A stretch of DNA of 64,000 nt, taken from contig NW_027191453.1 of assembly GCF_011745625.1 (NCBI RefSeq), positions 248,001 through 312,000 of the forward strand, given 5' to 3'. The notes under the pieces were generated by a model that was not told the origin of the DNA, did not search any database, and saw only the letters and a list, made by a program, of their open reading frames with translations. The translations under genes and the position numbers were made by a program. How positions within the stretch are numbered: position 1 is the stretch's first letter; each line of letters starts with the position of its first letter. The DNA is from Cladosporium halotolerans. Lineage: Eukaryota. Positions 1 to 12,738 of this stretch are shown piece by piece.

Positions 1-1430
1 GGATTCTGAGAAGAGTGGGGGGAGGCTATTTCCCTGTTCTGCTGCGCCTGCTCTAGCGCTGCGCTGCCGGCCGGGCGTCGCACACGAAACGATACGACAC
101 GAGGTTCACGCCTAGTCTAGTTCACATCGACATCCATGTCCATGGCAGCAAGCGGCCGCCTTCCGCGCCGATCGACGGAGCGAGCTAGCGCTGCGGTTCC
201 TCGCGAGCATCCTCCTCGAGCCTTGGGAGGGAGGGAGCGAGGGAGCCGTTGCGATCTCGCTCGCCTAGCTGCATGCAGCGCCGGCGCGTCGCTCTGCCGG
301 TCGGGCTCGGGCCCGGGAGGCGCTGTGAGTACACAGCCATGCCGGAAGTTAGTCGATCGCCTCGTCGGACTTGAGCCCTGTGGTTTGCCGTTTGGGAGTG
401 GGAGGGCGTTTTCCTATCGGGCCGTTTGCCTGGGGAGGCGTTTTTTGGGGGGAGATGGGTGATTAGTGATCTGGGAGTGGTGATGATGCTTGCGTGCATG
501 GTGCATGGGCTGTTGATCTCTTGAGGGTTTTAGCGGCCGCGGGGTGGGAAGTGGAGGGGGCTTGTTGGGGATGATGGCACGGGCTGGATTGGACGGTGGG
601 TGCGGATGATGGTACGCTGGACGCAAGCAAGACGACACGGTGGTCCAAGGGTAAATTGGGCGACGGGCTCGGCATGTGGGCGTTGGAGGAGCGGATGAAG
701 TCGCAGGGCGCTGGGGCGGCGGAGGCAGGTGCGAGGGGCTGCAGAGCTCGTATCGACGCGAGGGGAGGGGCATGAAGTGAGGTCGCCGGGGCAGGGCGTG
801 AGTGGGCGCGGCGGCAGCGGCTGGCGTGCGCACCGGCTTTCCGGGTCGCCGGGATCAGGAGGCGTGGGAGGGCCGGGGGGCTGTGCGCAGTGCGGCGCGA
901 CAGGTGCAGGCGAGCAGGATTTGCGGATGCGAGCTTGCAGCTCGCTTGGCCTTGGCGGGGCAGCGATCGTCGCCTGCCCGAGCAGCCCGTGAGAGCCTGG
1001 CCATCTCAGGCCATCTCAGGCCGTCCAGCCCTGCCCTGGCACGCCTGGCCCGCCTGGCCTCGCGCGAACGACCGACACCCGCCGAAACAGGTCCGCCAAC
1101 ACCCACCGCCGGCACCAGCGCGTCAAAGCCCCCCGGGCCACCCAACGCCCCTCCAGCTGCTGCTGCGCGCCCGGGCCACCCGCTCCGCAACGCCCTTCCC
1201 GCCGCTTGCGATTGCCCCGCCCGGAGACTGCCTGTGGCTGCCTTGCTGCCTTGCTGCCTTGATAGTTTTGTGGCCTTACTGCCTGGCTGCCTGTGGCTCC
1301 ATTTCTGCCTTAATGGTTTGTTGCCTGACTGCCTGGCCTTGCTCCTCTGCTTCCCCGATCACGTGCTCCATCACCCCGACTTCAGCTGCCCAGCGCTCGC
1401 CTTCCTGTCTGCCTGCGCTCATCGCTCGCC

Positions 1431-3165
1431 ATGCCTGCGCTCTTCTGTCGCCAGGCTGCGGCGTCATGTGACCTCATCCTCTCCAAGAGGGCCTTCTCTA
1501 CCTCACCTGCCCTCACACCCTTTCGACCCCGGCCGGCCGCCTTGCGAAAGGCCTTTCCCTGCCATGGCTTGCTTGCCCGAAGCGTCTGCTCTTTCTCCAA
1601 CGGTACGCCGGCCGCCGCCTCACGTGGCCATCCTCCCGACCCTTGCAACGCGACGATCCGTGCTACCCAGGGCTCATCGTAAGCAGTAGCCCTAGCATCG
1701 CCTTCCGTGCCAACACTCCCTAACGGCACCCAGACCTTGCCATAACGACCGCCTCCTAAGGCCCATCGCTTGTCTACCACAGACTAGGTCCTACTCTGCC
1801 GAGCCCGATCGGCCAAAGCAATCAGACGACAAGTCGCATAGTGTAGGTTCCGTCTTGCGTCTTTCCTATCTGCCCTTTCCCACCGGCGGACGATCGCATT
1901 CCTTCGCGCAACTGCGGCACTGGCTCCGAATCGGTCAAGCCACGCCCTCGCCATGAGTGGTCACATGAGCAACACTCCATGCGCCCTCCCGTTGCAGGTC
2001 TCACCCGCTGACGTGGGTCGGGTGTTGCAATCTTGCATGGTGTTTGGCTCTGCATGTGCAGAGGCAGAGTTTGTAAGCCACGTTGCGGATGGTTGCCACT
2101 TTGTTGACCTCACTTGCAAGCCAGATATCACGTGATACATCAACCACCACCCATTCGGACTTCACTATCACCAAATCGGGCCAGGACGTGTAATACAATC
2201 ACAATGATGCTGACATATGCTAATAGCCACCTTCACCCTCACCACAGCAGCAAGGCCCGTCAAAGGTGCCCCTTACCGCCGCCTTGCAAAATGCTCGCGA
2301 ACGTACCAAGTCCGCCACCTCTGCCCTTCGTGATACCGTCGCCCGCGCTACACGGCCCAAAAACGAGAACATCTACAACATCCCCAACTTACTAACCTTC
2401 ACCCGCCTCGTCGCCGCCCCCACCACCGCCTACCTCCTCCTCCACGACCAACATACCGCGGCTCTCCTCCTCTTCGCCTACGCCGGCATCACCGACCTCA
2501 TCGACGGCTACCTCGCGCGCAAATGGAAGCTGCAGACTGTCGCCGGCTCCGTCATGGACCCCATGGCCGACAAAGCCCTCATGATAATCATGACCGCCAC
2601 GCTCGGCATCAAAGGCCTCATCCCCGCCTCCCTTGCCGCCCTCATCCTCGGCCGCGACGCCAGCCTCGCGATCGCCGCAATCTACTACCGCTACGCCTCG
2701 CTGCCCGCGCCCAAGACCTTCCTCCGCTACTGGGACTTCTCCCTGCCCAGCGCCGAGGTCCACCCCACGACCGTCAGCAAGTACAACACCTTCCTGCAGC
2801 TGCTGCTGCTCGGCTCCGCGCTCGCGCTGCCCGTGCTCACCGCCGACTCGCACCACCTGCCCGTCCTGCACGACCTGGGCCTGGGCGACCTGGACCTGCA
2901 GGCCGCGAAGCGCTACTTCGAGTACGTCGTCGCGGCCACGACGGTCTGGAGCGGCGCGAGCTATGCGTTTTTGAAGAGCGCCGTGACGATTCTGGGCGAC
3001 GACGCGGCGCTGAAGGCCAAGCAGGGGGCGAGGGGGAGGGCGATCATCGGCGTTACGTTTGGCGGGGTGCTGTTGGTTTCGCTTTGGTTGGCTGTGGCTG
3101 TTGATGAGAAGCGGGATGAGGAGGCTGAGGGGGAGAAGGCGAAGAAGCAGGCCGCTGAAGCCTGA
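1431..3165 (+). CDS. CRD1: Cardiolipin synthase (CDP-alcohol phosphatidyltransferase); exons about 1431-1678, 1734-1842, 2248-3165
   Basis: Contains ENIYNIPNLLTFTRL and the CDP-OH-P motif DLIDGYLARKW...GSVMDPMAD. Exon 1 (MPALFCRQAA...KRAFSTSP) resembles a mitochondrial presequence. Introns 1679-1733 (GTAAGC..CCCTAAC..CAG) and 1843-2247 (GTAGGT..GCTAAT..CAG) join in consistent phase. The 5' exons are less certain than the catalytic exon. Confidence 0.88.
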
Positions 3166-3695
3166 TGTGCTTTGGGACTTGATCTTCGAGGCTGGGACTG
3201 TGTACGATTCATCATAGGGGAAGGGATCTCATTCGCATTCTGTTTTGTCAAAATCATGCAAAAGGGAGAAATTTGTCTGTAACAGTAGTTGTAGCAGTAG
3301 TTAAAAAAAAAAGAATATCACAGCATTTTCCGGAATCAAGCAAAGTAGAAAGGACAAGAGAGCCTAGCTCCGAAAAAAAAAAATCAATGACCAAGTCGGT
3401 AGTCCCCGTGCGTCTCCCAGCAAGGGCCTGGAAAGGACCATCCATCTGAGACAGAGACAGTAAACTCCCCAATGCCACATGTCTCTTCGACTCCCCAATT
3501 ATACCTTTTTGTTTGGAATGCCTCCTCCCCTCCACTGAACCCCGAGTCCACATTCGATGCCTTTTCTCGTCACGGAGAGGACGCTCACAACGCCTCGCCC
3601 CGTGAGAGAGTCCCTTCCGCCTAACGCCTTCCTCCCCCCGCAGCGGCTCACCCGGTCGCTCATTACCTAAACTGCTCTCCTCTACGTTCCCCTAC

Positions 3696-6600
3696 TCATA
3701 CATCGCCGTCGACGACCGCGAGCCGCTGCTTCATCGCCTTGGCCTTCTTCGTCATGCCGGCGGCGTTCTTGCGCTGCTTCTTGGCGGCCGGCGCGCCGGG
3801 CCCGTCGGTCAGCGGCGTCGCGGCGCCGGACGGGTCGGCGGACGCGTCGTCGAACTGGCCCTCGCCTGTTGGGTCACAAAAGTCAGTACGGTACGCTGGA
3901 AACACGGTGCAGTTGACGGGGACGAGACACGAACCTTCGTGATACATGTCATCCATGGAAACCTCCTTCTTCTTGGGCGCGGGGGCCTTGCGCCTCTTGC
4001 GGCCGCCGCCCTCGCGCGCCTCCTGCTCCGCGAGCTCGGCCTCGCGCTGCTCGATGGCGGCCGCCTGGTCGTCGTCCGCGAGCCACATGGCGATGTCTTT
4101 CGTGCGGTTGTTCTCGCGGGTGGAGCGGTTGTTGAAGTCGACGCCCGCGCCGGCCTGGCCGGTGATGACGACGCGCTGGACCTCCTCCTTCTGCAGGGCG
4201 CGCTTGCGGATGCGCTCCTCGATGGTGCCGCGCGTGATGAGGCGGTAGACGGTGACCTGGCGGGTCTGGCCGAGGCGGTGCGCGCGGTCCATCGCCTGCG
4301 AGTCGATGGTCGGGTTCCAGTCGCTGTCGTAGAAGATGACCGTGTCGGCGGAGGTGAGGTTGATGCCGAGGCCGCCGGCGCGCGTCGAGAGCAGGAAGAC
4401 GAAGATCTCGGGCGAGGACTGGAAGGCGGCCACGGTGTCGCGGCGGTCTTCGAGCTTGGTGGAGCCGTCCAGGCGGCAGTATTTGTAGTTGCGGTAGGTG
4501 AGGTACTCTTCCATCAGGTCGATCATGCGGGTCATTTGGAAGTAGAGGAGGACGCGGTGGCCGCCTTCCTTGAGCTTGCGGAGGAGCCTGTCGAGCTGGG
4601 CGAGCTTGCCGGAGTCGGTGACGAAGCGGCGCATGCTCGGTACGCGGATGTCGGTGTAGCGCTGCTTTTGAGATGGAGGCGCCGGGAGCATGTTGGTTCT
4701 TGGGAATTTGTTGGGCGGCAACTTCGACTGCAAAAGAGCAGCTTCTGTCGGCGCGTCGATGGGGTAAAGTGCACGGCGCAGCCCGACGTTGAAGAAAGTG
4801 GTCTCCTTTTCTTGAAGAGCCTGTTGACTCGAGCAGACTAACTCAGCTGGAGGAGCTGTGGAACGAGGCAAGTAGCAGGTCTCGATGGTATCGTAGCCAG
4901 TGTCATTCATGGTCTTCTCAGAGACATTGAACAGACTTGCCATGACGCCCTCGGTAGCGATCTTTGCCAAAGGCCTGCGATCATCGCGCTTCACGATGTT
5001 GAGCATGGCGTGGGCTGGTGTAAAGCCAGCGTTCTCCTTCTCCTCATCGTCATCATATGCAAGCTTGAACCTCGCCAATCGATCGTCATCACCACGAGGA
5101 AGCTCAGTGACGCGCTGTACGAGCGACTGATTCGCGGTGTGCTCAACATCACTCGCAGACTGGTCAATGAACCTCAAGAAAGAGAACGCGCCGTTCTTGC
5201 GCTCACTTTCCTTGATGTTTTCTGCGTTCCAGACACTCAGCTCATTCCGCAAAGCCTTTTGGAACCAGCCAGCCTTCGTGTTGAGCGGACCCGGCAGATC
5301 CAGACGACCGGCGTCTTCCATCAGCACGCTCGGCATCCAGAGCTCGACGAGACTTCGGACAGAGTACGAGACGTTGATGTTGTAGCCCTCGCGCATGAAG
5401 CTGGCGGTATCCGCATACTTGCTGGTAGTGAGAGGACTCCACACATCGGCTCTTTCGAACAGATCGGGATGGTTGCAGACCTTCCTGAATTGCATGACCA
5501 AGTTCATCAAGTTTGCCGTGTCCTCGTCCTGTCCGTTTGCCGCCTTCTCAATGAGATCGAGAATCGAAATGCGATCGCGTAGCTTCGTGTACATGGCACG
5601 CTGGCGGTAAGTGAGGTCGCAATAGACGTCTTCTTCAATCTTGTCACCCAATTCCTTCTGCACGTGCTTCTTGATACGCCTGAGCATGAAGGGCTTCAGA
5701 ATCATGTGAAGACGGCGGAGTTGATCCTCATTGAGCTTTGAATTGGATTGGGCGTGATTCTCGATGTCCTTGGAGAACCACTCGCTGAACTCGTCGTGGC
5801 TGTCAAAGAGTGAAGGCATGATGAAATGCAGCAACGCCCAGAGCTCTTGCATGTTGTTCTGAATCGGCGTACCAGTGAGCAGCAGACGGTTGCGGCAATG
5901 GAAGCCAAGCAAAGCCTTCCAGCGGGATGATTGTGACGATTTGATCGCCTGCGCTTCATCGAGAATCATGTACTGCCACTTGACCTTCTGGAAGTAAGGC
6001 GTGTCAGCAACGACAATCTGGTATGAAGTCACGAGGACGTGGAAAGGCGAGTCCTTGTTGTAGGTGACGTGCTTGCGATCCCAGAACTTGCGGAGGATCT
6101 TGCGGTCTTTGGCGGAGCCCCAGTAGGGCAGGACCTTCAAGTTTGGCACGAACTTTGCAATCTCCTGTTGCCAGTTGTGCAGGGTACTCGCGGGAGCAAT
6201 GACCAGGAACGGTCCCCAGATGTTGTGCATTTCCGCGAGGTATGCCATGACCGAGATGGATTGAACAGTCTTGCCGAGACCCATCTCGTCTGCCAGAATA
6301 CCGTTGATGCCTTGTTCGTACAAGTTGACCAACCAGTTGAGACCCTTGATCTGATATTCCTTAAGCTGGCAAGACAGCATCTTGGGCTGCGCTACATCCA
6401 TGCTCTGCAGCGACGTAGGATTCTGGAAGTTCATCTCGCCCTCATCGTCGAACTCAGTGGGACCTTCCGCCTTGTCCCCATCTTCTGGCTTCTTGTCGAA
6501 GGCCTTGGCGCGGTCCTTAGCTTCCTGGATCGCGTGCTGTGCATTCGCCATGGCAGCGTTCTGCAACGCCGTTTCGTCTTCGGCATCGAAATCCAGGTCG

Positions 6601-8993
6601 TCGAAGTTCGTGACCCTTTGACCAACGGTGGCGTCCGAGTTAGGCAAGTCGACAGTCTGCTCTGCGTTGGGGTTTTCTGTCGTAGTCTGACCGCTGGTAG
6701 CAACACCATCGCCTTCGCCTGTGCCTTGCTTTTCGATCTCGTCTGTCTTGACCTTCTTGCCAATGAAATGCGAGTACAGTTCCGTCTGCGAAATCAAGAA
6801 GTTGAGCTTCCTCTTCTGGCGGTTGGCTTCTCTCTCAGCTTCGGCCTTCTTCGCCTTGTCGAGCTCGTGCCTTTCAGCGACCTTCCTACCCTCGCGTTCA
6901 TCACGCTCATTGCGCTTCCAGAAGCCCATCATCTCTCTCATGGCTCTCTTCGCGCGCGCCGCGACGTCCTTCGTGCTCTTGTTCGTCCGGAGTTGCCACC
7001 TGCGAGCCTCTTTAGCCGCAAGCTGCGCGGTCTTGCGGGCGTTGGATGCTTTCGTGTCCAGACTGTTATTTTTAACTCGCACGACCTTCGGCACTGCCTT
7101 CGAGATGTCGCGGGTGATTTGCTCGTAAATCTGATTGTATCCCTTGGAGTCGAACTTGGCCATTCCGGTCAATCCTGCGGTAGGCTGGATATCGAAAGCG
7201 GCTGGCGTCATTTCACTGGCGCCTTCGGAGTCCTCCCTGTCGAAAGGTGGGCGGTCTCCCAGAAGCTTCAAGCGCTCCTCTTCCTTCGGCGCAAGAGGGG
7301 GCAGCTCCTCGCCTTGGTCGAGGTACATCTGGGCACGAGCAGCATTCTCCTTTTCGGCTTGCTTCTGCTCTTTGCTCTTCCTGGCGCGGCCAGCTGCACC
7401 GCCTCTGCCGCCGCGACCACGACCACGGCCGCTGGTCACAAATTCTGGAGTACCATCTTCGCCCATACTGCGGCTGCTGTGGAAGGATGTCATGAGGCCG
7501 CCCTCCATGAGCACCTCCCTCTCGCGTCGGCCAAGCGCAGCTTGGTTGTGAGGCGACTCGTTACGCAGCTCCTTGGTAGGGGTGATGCCTTGCAGTCTCC
7601 ACTCGGTATCGCGGATCTTCTTGTTGGCACGCTCAATCTCCTTCTGGATGCGAGCTTTCTCGTCTTCGTCCTGGACCTCAGCCAGAGTCTGAATGGCCTC
7701 ATCGCGCTTGATCTTCTCGTCTGCGATCGCCTTTTCGCGGCGCCGCTTGCGCTGTTGATCCTTCTTGCGCTCCTTGTCCTCTTCGACCTCCTTGAGGCGA
7801 ACCTCCTGTTCGACCTCGTTCTTGTGCGCTTCAACGTATGCCGCGCGGTCCGCGTCCGCAGCTGCGCTGAACTGGTCATGCCACTTCTGCATCAATGTCA
7901 CTCTTCTGCGCTTGCGCTTCTGGCCTTCTGCCACTTGAATCTCGAGCGCCCGTTTGTTTGCCTTCTGAAGATATTCATCTTTGTCCTTGGCGAACATCTC
8001 AGGCTCGTGCTCGGGGTCGGAGAGGTCTTGAGACTCAATCTCAGCATATGCTCGCTCCGTGTCCCGAATGGTCAAGGCTGGAGGTCCAGTTTGTACAGGG
8101 GCAGCCGGTGCACGCGGGGTTGATTGCGGTTGCGGAGCGACCGGAGGCGCCATCTTGGACTCGCGTTCGCTGTGAGATGACTTCCGGGATCGCGGCGCAG
8201 CAGGAATCTCGTCCCTGGCCTTGTTTGAGGCGCTCGACTTGCGACTCGTTTGCTGGACAGGCGATTGCCGAGCTGCAGCGGATGTCGGTGGTGTCGGCGC
8301 TTTCGAAGGGGCGGAAGCGGTGTCGTCAGAAAGCAGGTTCATCATCGACATGGGATTTGATGAGCGGACGGGAGGCGGCGGCGCCGGTGCAGGCGCAGTC
8401 GTGGACTCTTGGCTTGGGGTATGTGAGTGCATCCCGTTCGGGCGAGCAGGATCATATGCTCCTTTAGGCGATCTAGCGTCGTTGCTTGGAGGCGGATGAC
8501 CGTGGTTTGGAGAAGACTGTGCCACTGAGCGGGGCATGGGTGTATGCTGCTCAGCGTGGTTGCCGTTGGTGTAAGCCGACGATGGTTGTTCGTAAGACGT
8601 ACGGTTCTGTGTCAAGATGTTAGTTTTGCTGCTAGCTCAAGACTTGCTTAGTCCAGTATCTAGTCTTACATGTGACGGCGATCTTGGCTGATATGGTGTG
8701 GTATTGCTATCTCTTGCGCTCGCTCTGCCTTCACTTATGGGATCGTAGTAACTCGATGCTGGTCTATCGCGTGCAGATGGCGATGAGGGGCGCGGAGGCC
8801 TGCTGGCGGATGGGGACGTAGGACCGCTGCGATAGTGATTGGGCGATAGCGGAATGCCATTGTGTGATCCTGAACGGTTTCGCTGTTGTTGGTCGGCCGG
8901 GGTGTATGCGCGCGCCGCGGCTTGCATTGGCGAGTGGTGGCTGTTGTTGTTGTGCGCGCCTTCCATGCCGGGCGTATGGCGCGGGTTGTACAT
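3696..8993 (-). CDS. INO80: INO80 chromatin-remodelling ATPase (DBINO domain plus split Snf2 helicase); introns 8607-8669 and 3866-3934
   Basis: DBINO motif [19 protein letters not shown], Walker [17 protein letters not shown] box, long insertion and [11 protein letters not shown]. Start MYNPRH at 8993. Splice sites are canonical. Confidence 0.96.
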
Positions 8994-9903
8994 GGTGATA
9001 GGCGTGCGGTGCGAAAGTCGCGCTATTAACGTGCCATCTGCGATTGCCCAAGCAGTCAAGGCGATTCAGCGGATCGCGAAGGCGAGGCGACGGTAAGGAC
9101 GCCCTGAGAATTCCGCGGCCGGCGCGCTGTTGATGGCAGACAGGACGGCAGGTAGATGGACTGGATGCGATGCGCGGTCAAGGCACAGCGCCACCCCTTG
9201 GTGCAGGCGAGCGAGACAGGGACGGTATGCACGGCTTGGCACGCAGAGTCGGAGGCTCAGGCAGCGCGACGCGGCGTCGGCGGAGATGAGGTGTTGGGCG
9301 GCGGAGGAGGTGGTGGTGTGGTGATGAAGGGAGGGGGAATGGGCGGATGGATGGGATGGGCGGGCGGCGATGGTGGACGGGGATGGGGTTTGGATAGAGC
9401 GGCTGACGTGCCTCCGCGAGCGAGGGCGAGGGAGCGAGCGCTTGGTCGTGTCAAGCTTGCTGCTCCTCGCTTTTACACGCCGGCACGCGGTGGCTGCGGG
9501 CGTGCGCGCAGCGTGTTATAATATTATATGGACGCGGATGCGCGACGAGGCAAACAGAGGGCTGGTGCGATGTGTCTACGGGCGGGCGCCTGAGGTTGCG
9601 GCCGTCGCTTGCCGTCTCGCGCATCGATTGCCACGGGCGCGCAAGACGCTTGTTCGCGCGTCGCCTGTCGCCGGCGGCGATGCAGCTTGCGGGCTGATCG
9701 TTTTGCGCGGCTTCGTTGTTGGAAGGTCGTCCAAGGGTCCCGATCAGGCGCGGCAAGCCCCGGCTGCCCGCTGCCCGCGGCTCGGTCGGCGCTAGTAGCG
9801 ATAGAGACGACCTGAATTTGAGACCGCGAATTTTCCAGCTTTGCGCCGACGAGCATATCGTACTGCGACTACCGCTGAAAATCCTCGAAACACGGTCGCG
9901 GTC

Positions 9904-10916
9904 ATGGCAGCAGTCTACAAGTCGCTGAACAAGGGGAGCAAGGAGGGTGCCGGCCGGGCGGGCGACGCAGAGAAGCCCAAGAACAGACAGAGAGTCTTGA
10001 TCTTGAGCTCAAGAGGTGTTACCATGAGGTATGCGCTGGAAAAATAGGAGAGGCAAAGGCACCAGAGCGTTTGTACTGACATTGCGACAACAGACATCGC
10101 CACCTCCTCAACGACCTACACTCCCTCCTCCCTCACTCCCGCAAAGACGCCAAACTCGACACCAAGACCCAGCTTTCGCAACTGAACGAGCTCGCCGACC
10201 TCTACAACTGCAACAATGTCCTCTTCTTCGAGGCCCGCAAAGGCAAGGATCTCTACATCTGGCTGTCCAAGCCGCCCAACGGCCCTACCATCAAGATGCA
10301 CTGCCAAAACGTCCACACCACCGAAGAGCTCAACTTCACCGGCAACTGCCTCAAAGGCTCGCGGCCCATCCTCAGCTTCGACGCCAGCTTCGACAAGCAA
10401 GCCCACACCCGCGTCATGAAAGAGCTCCTCACACACACATTCGGCGTGCCGCCTGGCAGCCGCAAGGTCAAGCCCTTCACCGACCACGTCATGGGCTTCA
10501 CCCTCGCCGACGGCAAAGTCTGGATCCGCTGCTACCAGATCTCCGAGACCGAAGCCGCGAAGCACCCCAAGCCCACCGCCGACGAGACGACGCCCGCAGA
10601 CCCCACCTCGCTCCCATCCATCACCGGCCGCCCGGGCGAGACGTCCATCTCGCTCGTCGAGATCGGCCCGCGCCTGGTGCTGACGCCCATCGTGATCCTC
10701 GAGGGCTCCTTCGGCGGGCCCGTCATCTACGAGAACAAGGAGTTCGTCAGCCCCAACCAGATCCGTTCGGACCTGCGCAGGGCGAAGGCCGGCCGCTACA
10801 ACGAGCGCACGGAGGGCACGCTCGAGCGCAAGAACAGGCACAGGGACCTCGGTCTGCGGACGGGCGAGGGCGTCAAGCAGGTCGATCCGCTGGACAACCG
10901 GGTTGTGTTCGCTTAA
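9904..10916 (+). CDS. BRX1: Ribosome biogenesis protein Brx1 (Brix domain); intron 10029-10093
   Basis: MAAVYKS...RQRVLILSSRGVT, then RHRHLLNDL, GNCLKGSRPILSFD and LVEIGPRLVLTPIVILEGSFGGP. Intron is GTATGC..ACTGAC..CAG. Confidence 0.95.
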
Positions 10917-12150
10917 TGTGATGCGAAGTGTGAGAGGAAAGGGAAAGTCAAAAAGGAAGTCGAGAAACACTTTGGGACCAAATCCGCTCGGAGCGAGTGG
11001 CAAAGCATAGCGGCGGCGTTCGTGGCGTCAAACAACCACATTTCTACATTAACGGGCGGGAATCCGCATTCTCTTGGAGAGGAGAAGGCAGCCATCGGCC
11101 TTTCCATAGATCTACGTGTATATCATACTTCATTGACGCAGAATCGGGATCAACGCACACTTAGCTTTCTGCATCCACATCCATAGCACCACCTTGTTTA
11201 GCAGGAACGACAGACCTACTAGACCTAAGGCTTGTTGAATGACCAGTGAGCGGGCAGATATGCCGTCCTACCATCGTCAGACATTGATCTCTCCAATTGA
11301 GCTGTATGGCATGACCGTGTTGCGTAAAGCAACCTGGAAGCGTTACAGCGGCCATCGAACTGAGTTGCACCCTACTGTAGGTATAAGGATGAATGGACTC
11401 ACGCACCGCTCTATAGGAAAACACATTGCATAGGATCTTTTGGGCGAAAGCAAAAGGCGCGACGAGTTGTTGCCAGAGAGGTGAGTGCCACAGTGAGAAT
11501 GGGGGATGGTTGCATGGTGCATGGACATAGAACGCCTATCGCGTGGCAGATAAGGGAAGTGAAGGTGGAGCGCCTCATGCACACTGACGAAAGCTGATCT
11601 TGTCCGTTCTCGACTGCTGGTTTGGGTGCGTCTGTATTTGCGAAGTTGCGCTGTTGGTACGGGACTGTCTACGGCCACTCATGCTTGGGTAATGGCGATG
11701 TATCAGAATCGATGGGTCCAGGAGGATCGTGCTTTGATGTGATTGCTTTGGACATGCCGGGCCATTCGCCACGAAGGTCTATTCGTCTGTGCCAGTTGCT
11801 CGCTGGCTGCACTTGCACAACATTCAACCTCATTCCCGTATATCACCTGCATCTGCACAAGTTCATGGTGAACCTAGGGTCTCCAAGATGGGAGTCTTCG
11901 TGAAATTGGGTTCTTCCCCCCGGGGTCCGGGGTGGGTGCAAGGGTTTGATTGTTCTAATAAGAGTCGATACCTTTTATCGCGCATCGCCCATTCCGAAAT
12001 GCTCCTACGCCGGCGAAAGCAAACAGACAAACGGATGATGCCAGGCTCGTTTGACTCTCAGGCGACTCCCCTCGTTCCTTTTCCTTTCTCCCCGTTTCGA
12101 AGTCAAACCCAGCCATCCATCGTCAAACCGCGATTCGGGTTATCCAGCAC

Positions 12151-12738
12151 TTATATCGAGCTGGGGTAGAGCATGACGCGGACCATGGCGCCGAGGCTCT
12201 TGGGGGGGAGGTTGTGCTTGAACTGTGCGCGGACGACACCGGAGTTGCCTGTGTGAATGTTCCGTCAGTATTGGTTCCTTGGTATGCCTTGTGCCATGCG
12301 ATTCCGCCTCTCCATTGCCTCAATAATTCCCTCGGGTGTGGCGGGCGCAAAAACGTACCGTGAGGCCTGGTGACCTTGCCCCAGATGACGCGGATCTTGG
12401 TGCCACGGATCTCCTTCTTGCCACGGTAGACGTAGGCAATGCGCTTGCCGTTGTAGAAGGTGGCGGCCTTGGGGTCGTCAACGCCCTCGATCTTGATGAG
12501 GGAGGTGTTGGGCCTCAGGGCGTGCTTGGAGCGCTGGAACGAGACGTGCTTGCCCCTGTTGAGAAAACCTCCAGTCAGCATTCTATCCTCTGGTATCATG
12601 TCCATCCTCCTCTGTGCCGTGCGCCTATGGTGCTCCCGTCGCATGATTGAAGATTCGAGATTCGGTGTTCTTCCTCCGGTGGGATATCGCGGTGCGGACG
12701 TACTTGACGTAAAGCCTGTGACCCTGCTCGGACGGCAT
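12151..12738 (-). CDS. RPL33: 60S ribosomal protein eL33 (L35A); introns 12556-12703 and 12249-12358
   Basis: Spliced product reads [23 protein letters not shown]...[43 protein letters not shown]. Confidence 0.96.

Noticed and set aside
802..1689. 295-aa GC-rich ORF with ctgcct-type and ggccatctca short repeats upstream of CRD1
   Set aside because: Low-complexity promoter or UTR sequence with no codon bias or domain. The ATG at 1431 in another frame explains the CRD1 start.
6039..8123. 694-aa plus-strand ORF inside INO80
   Set aside because: Antisense shadow of a strongly codon-biased gene, with no recognisable motifs.
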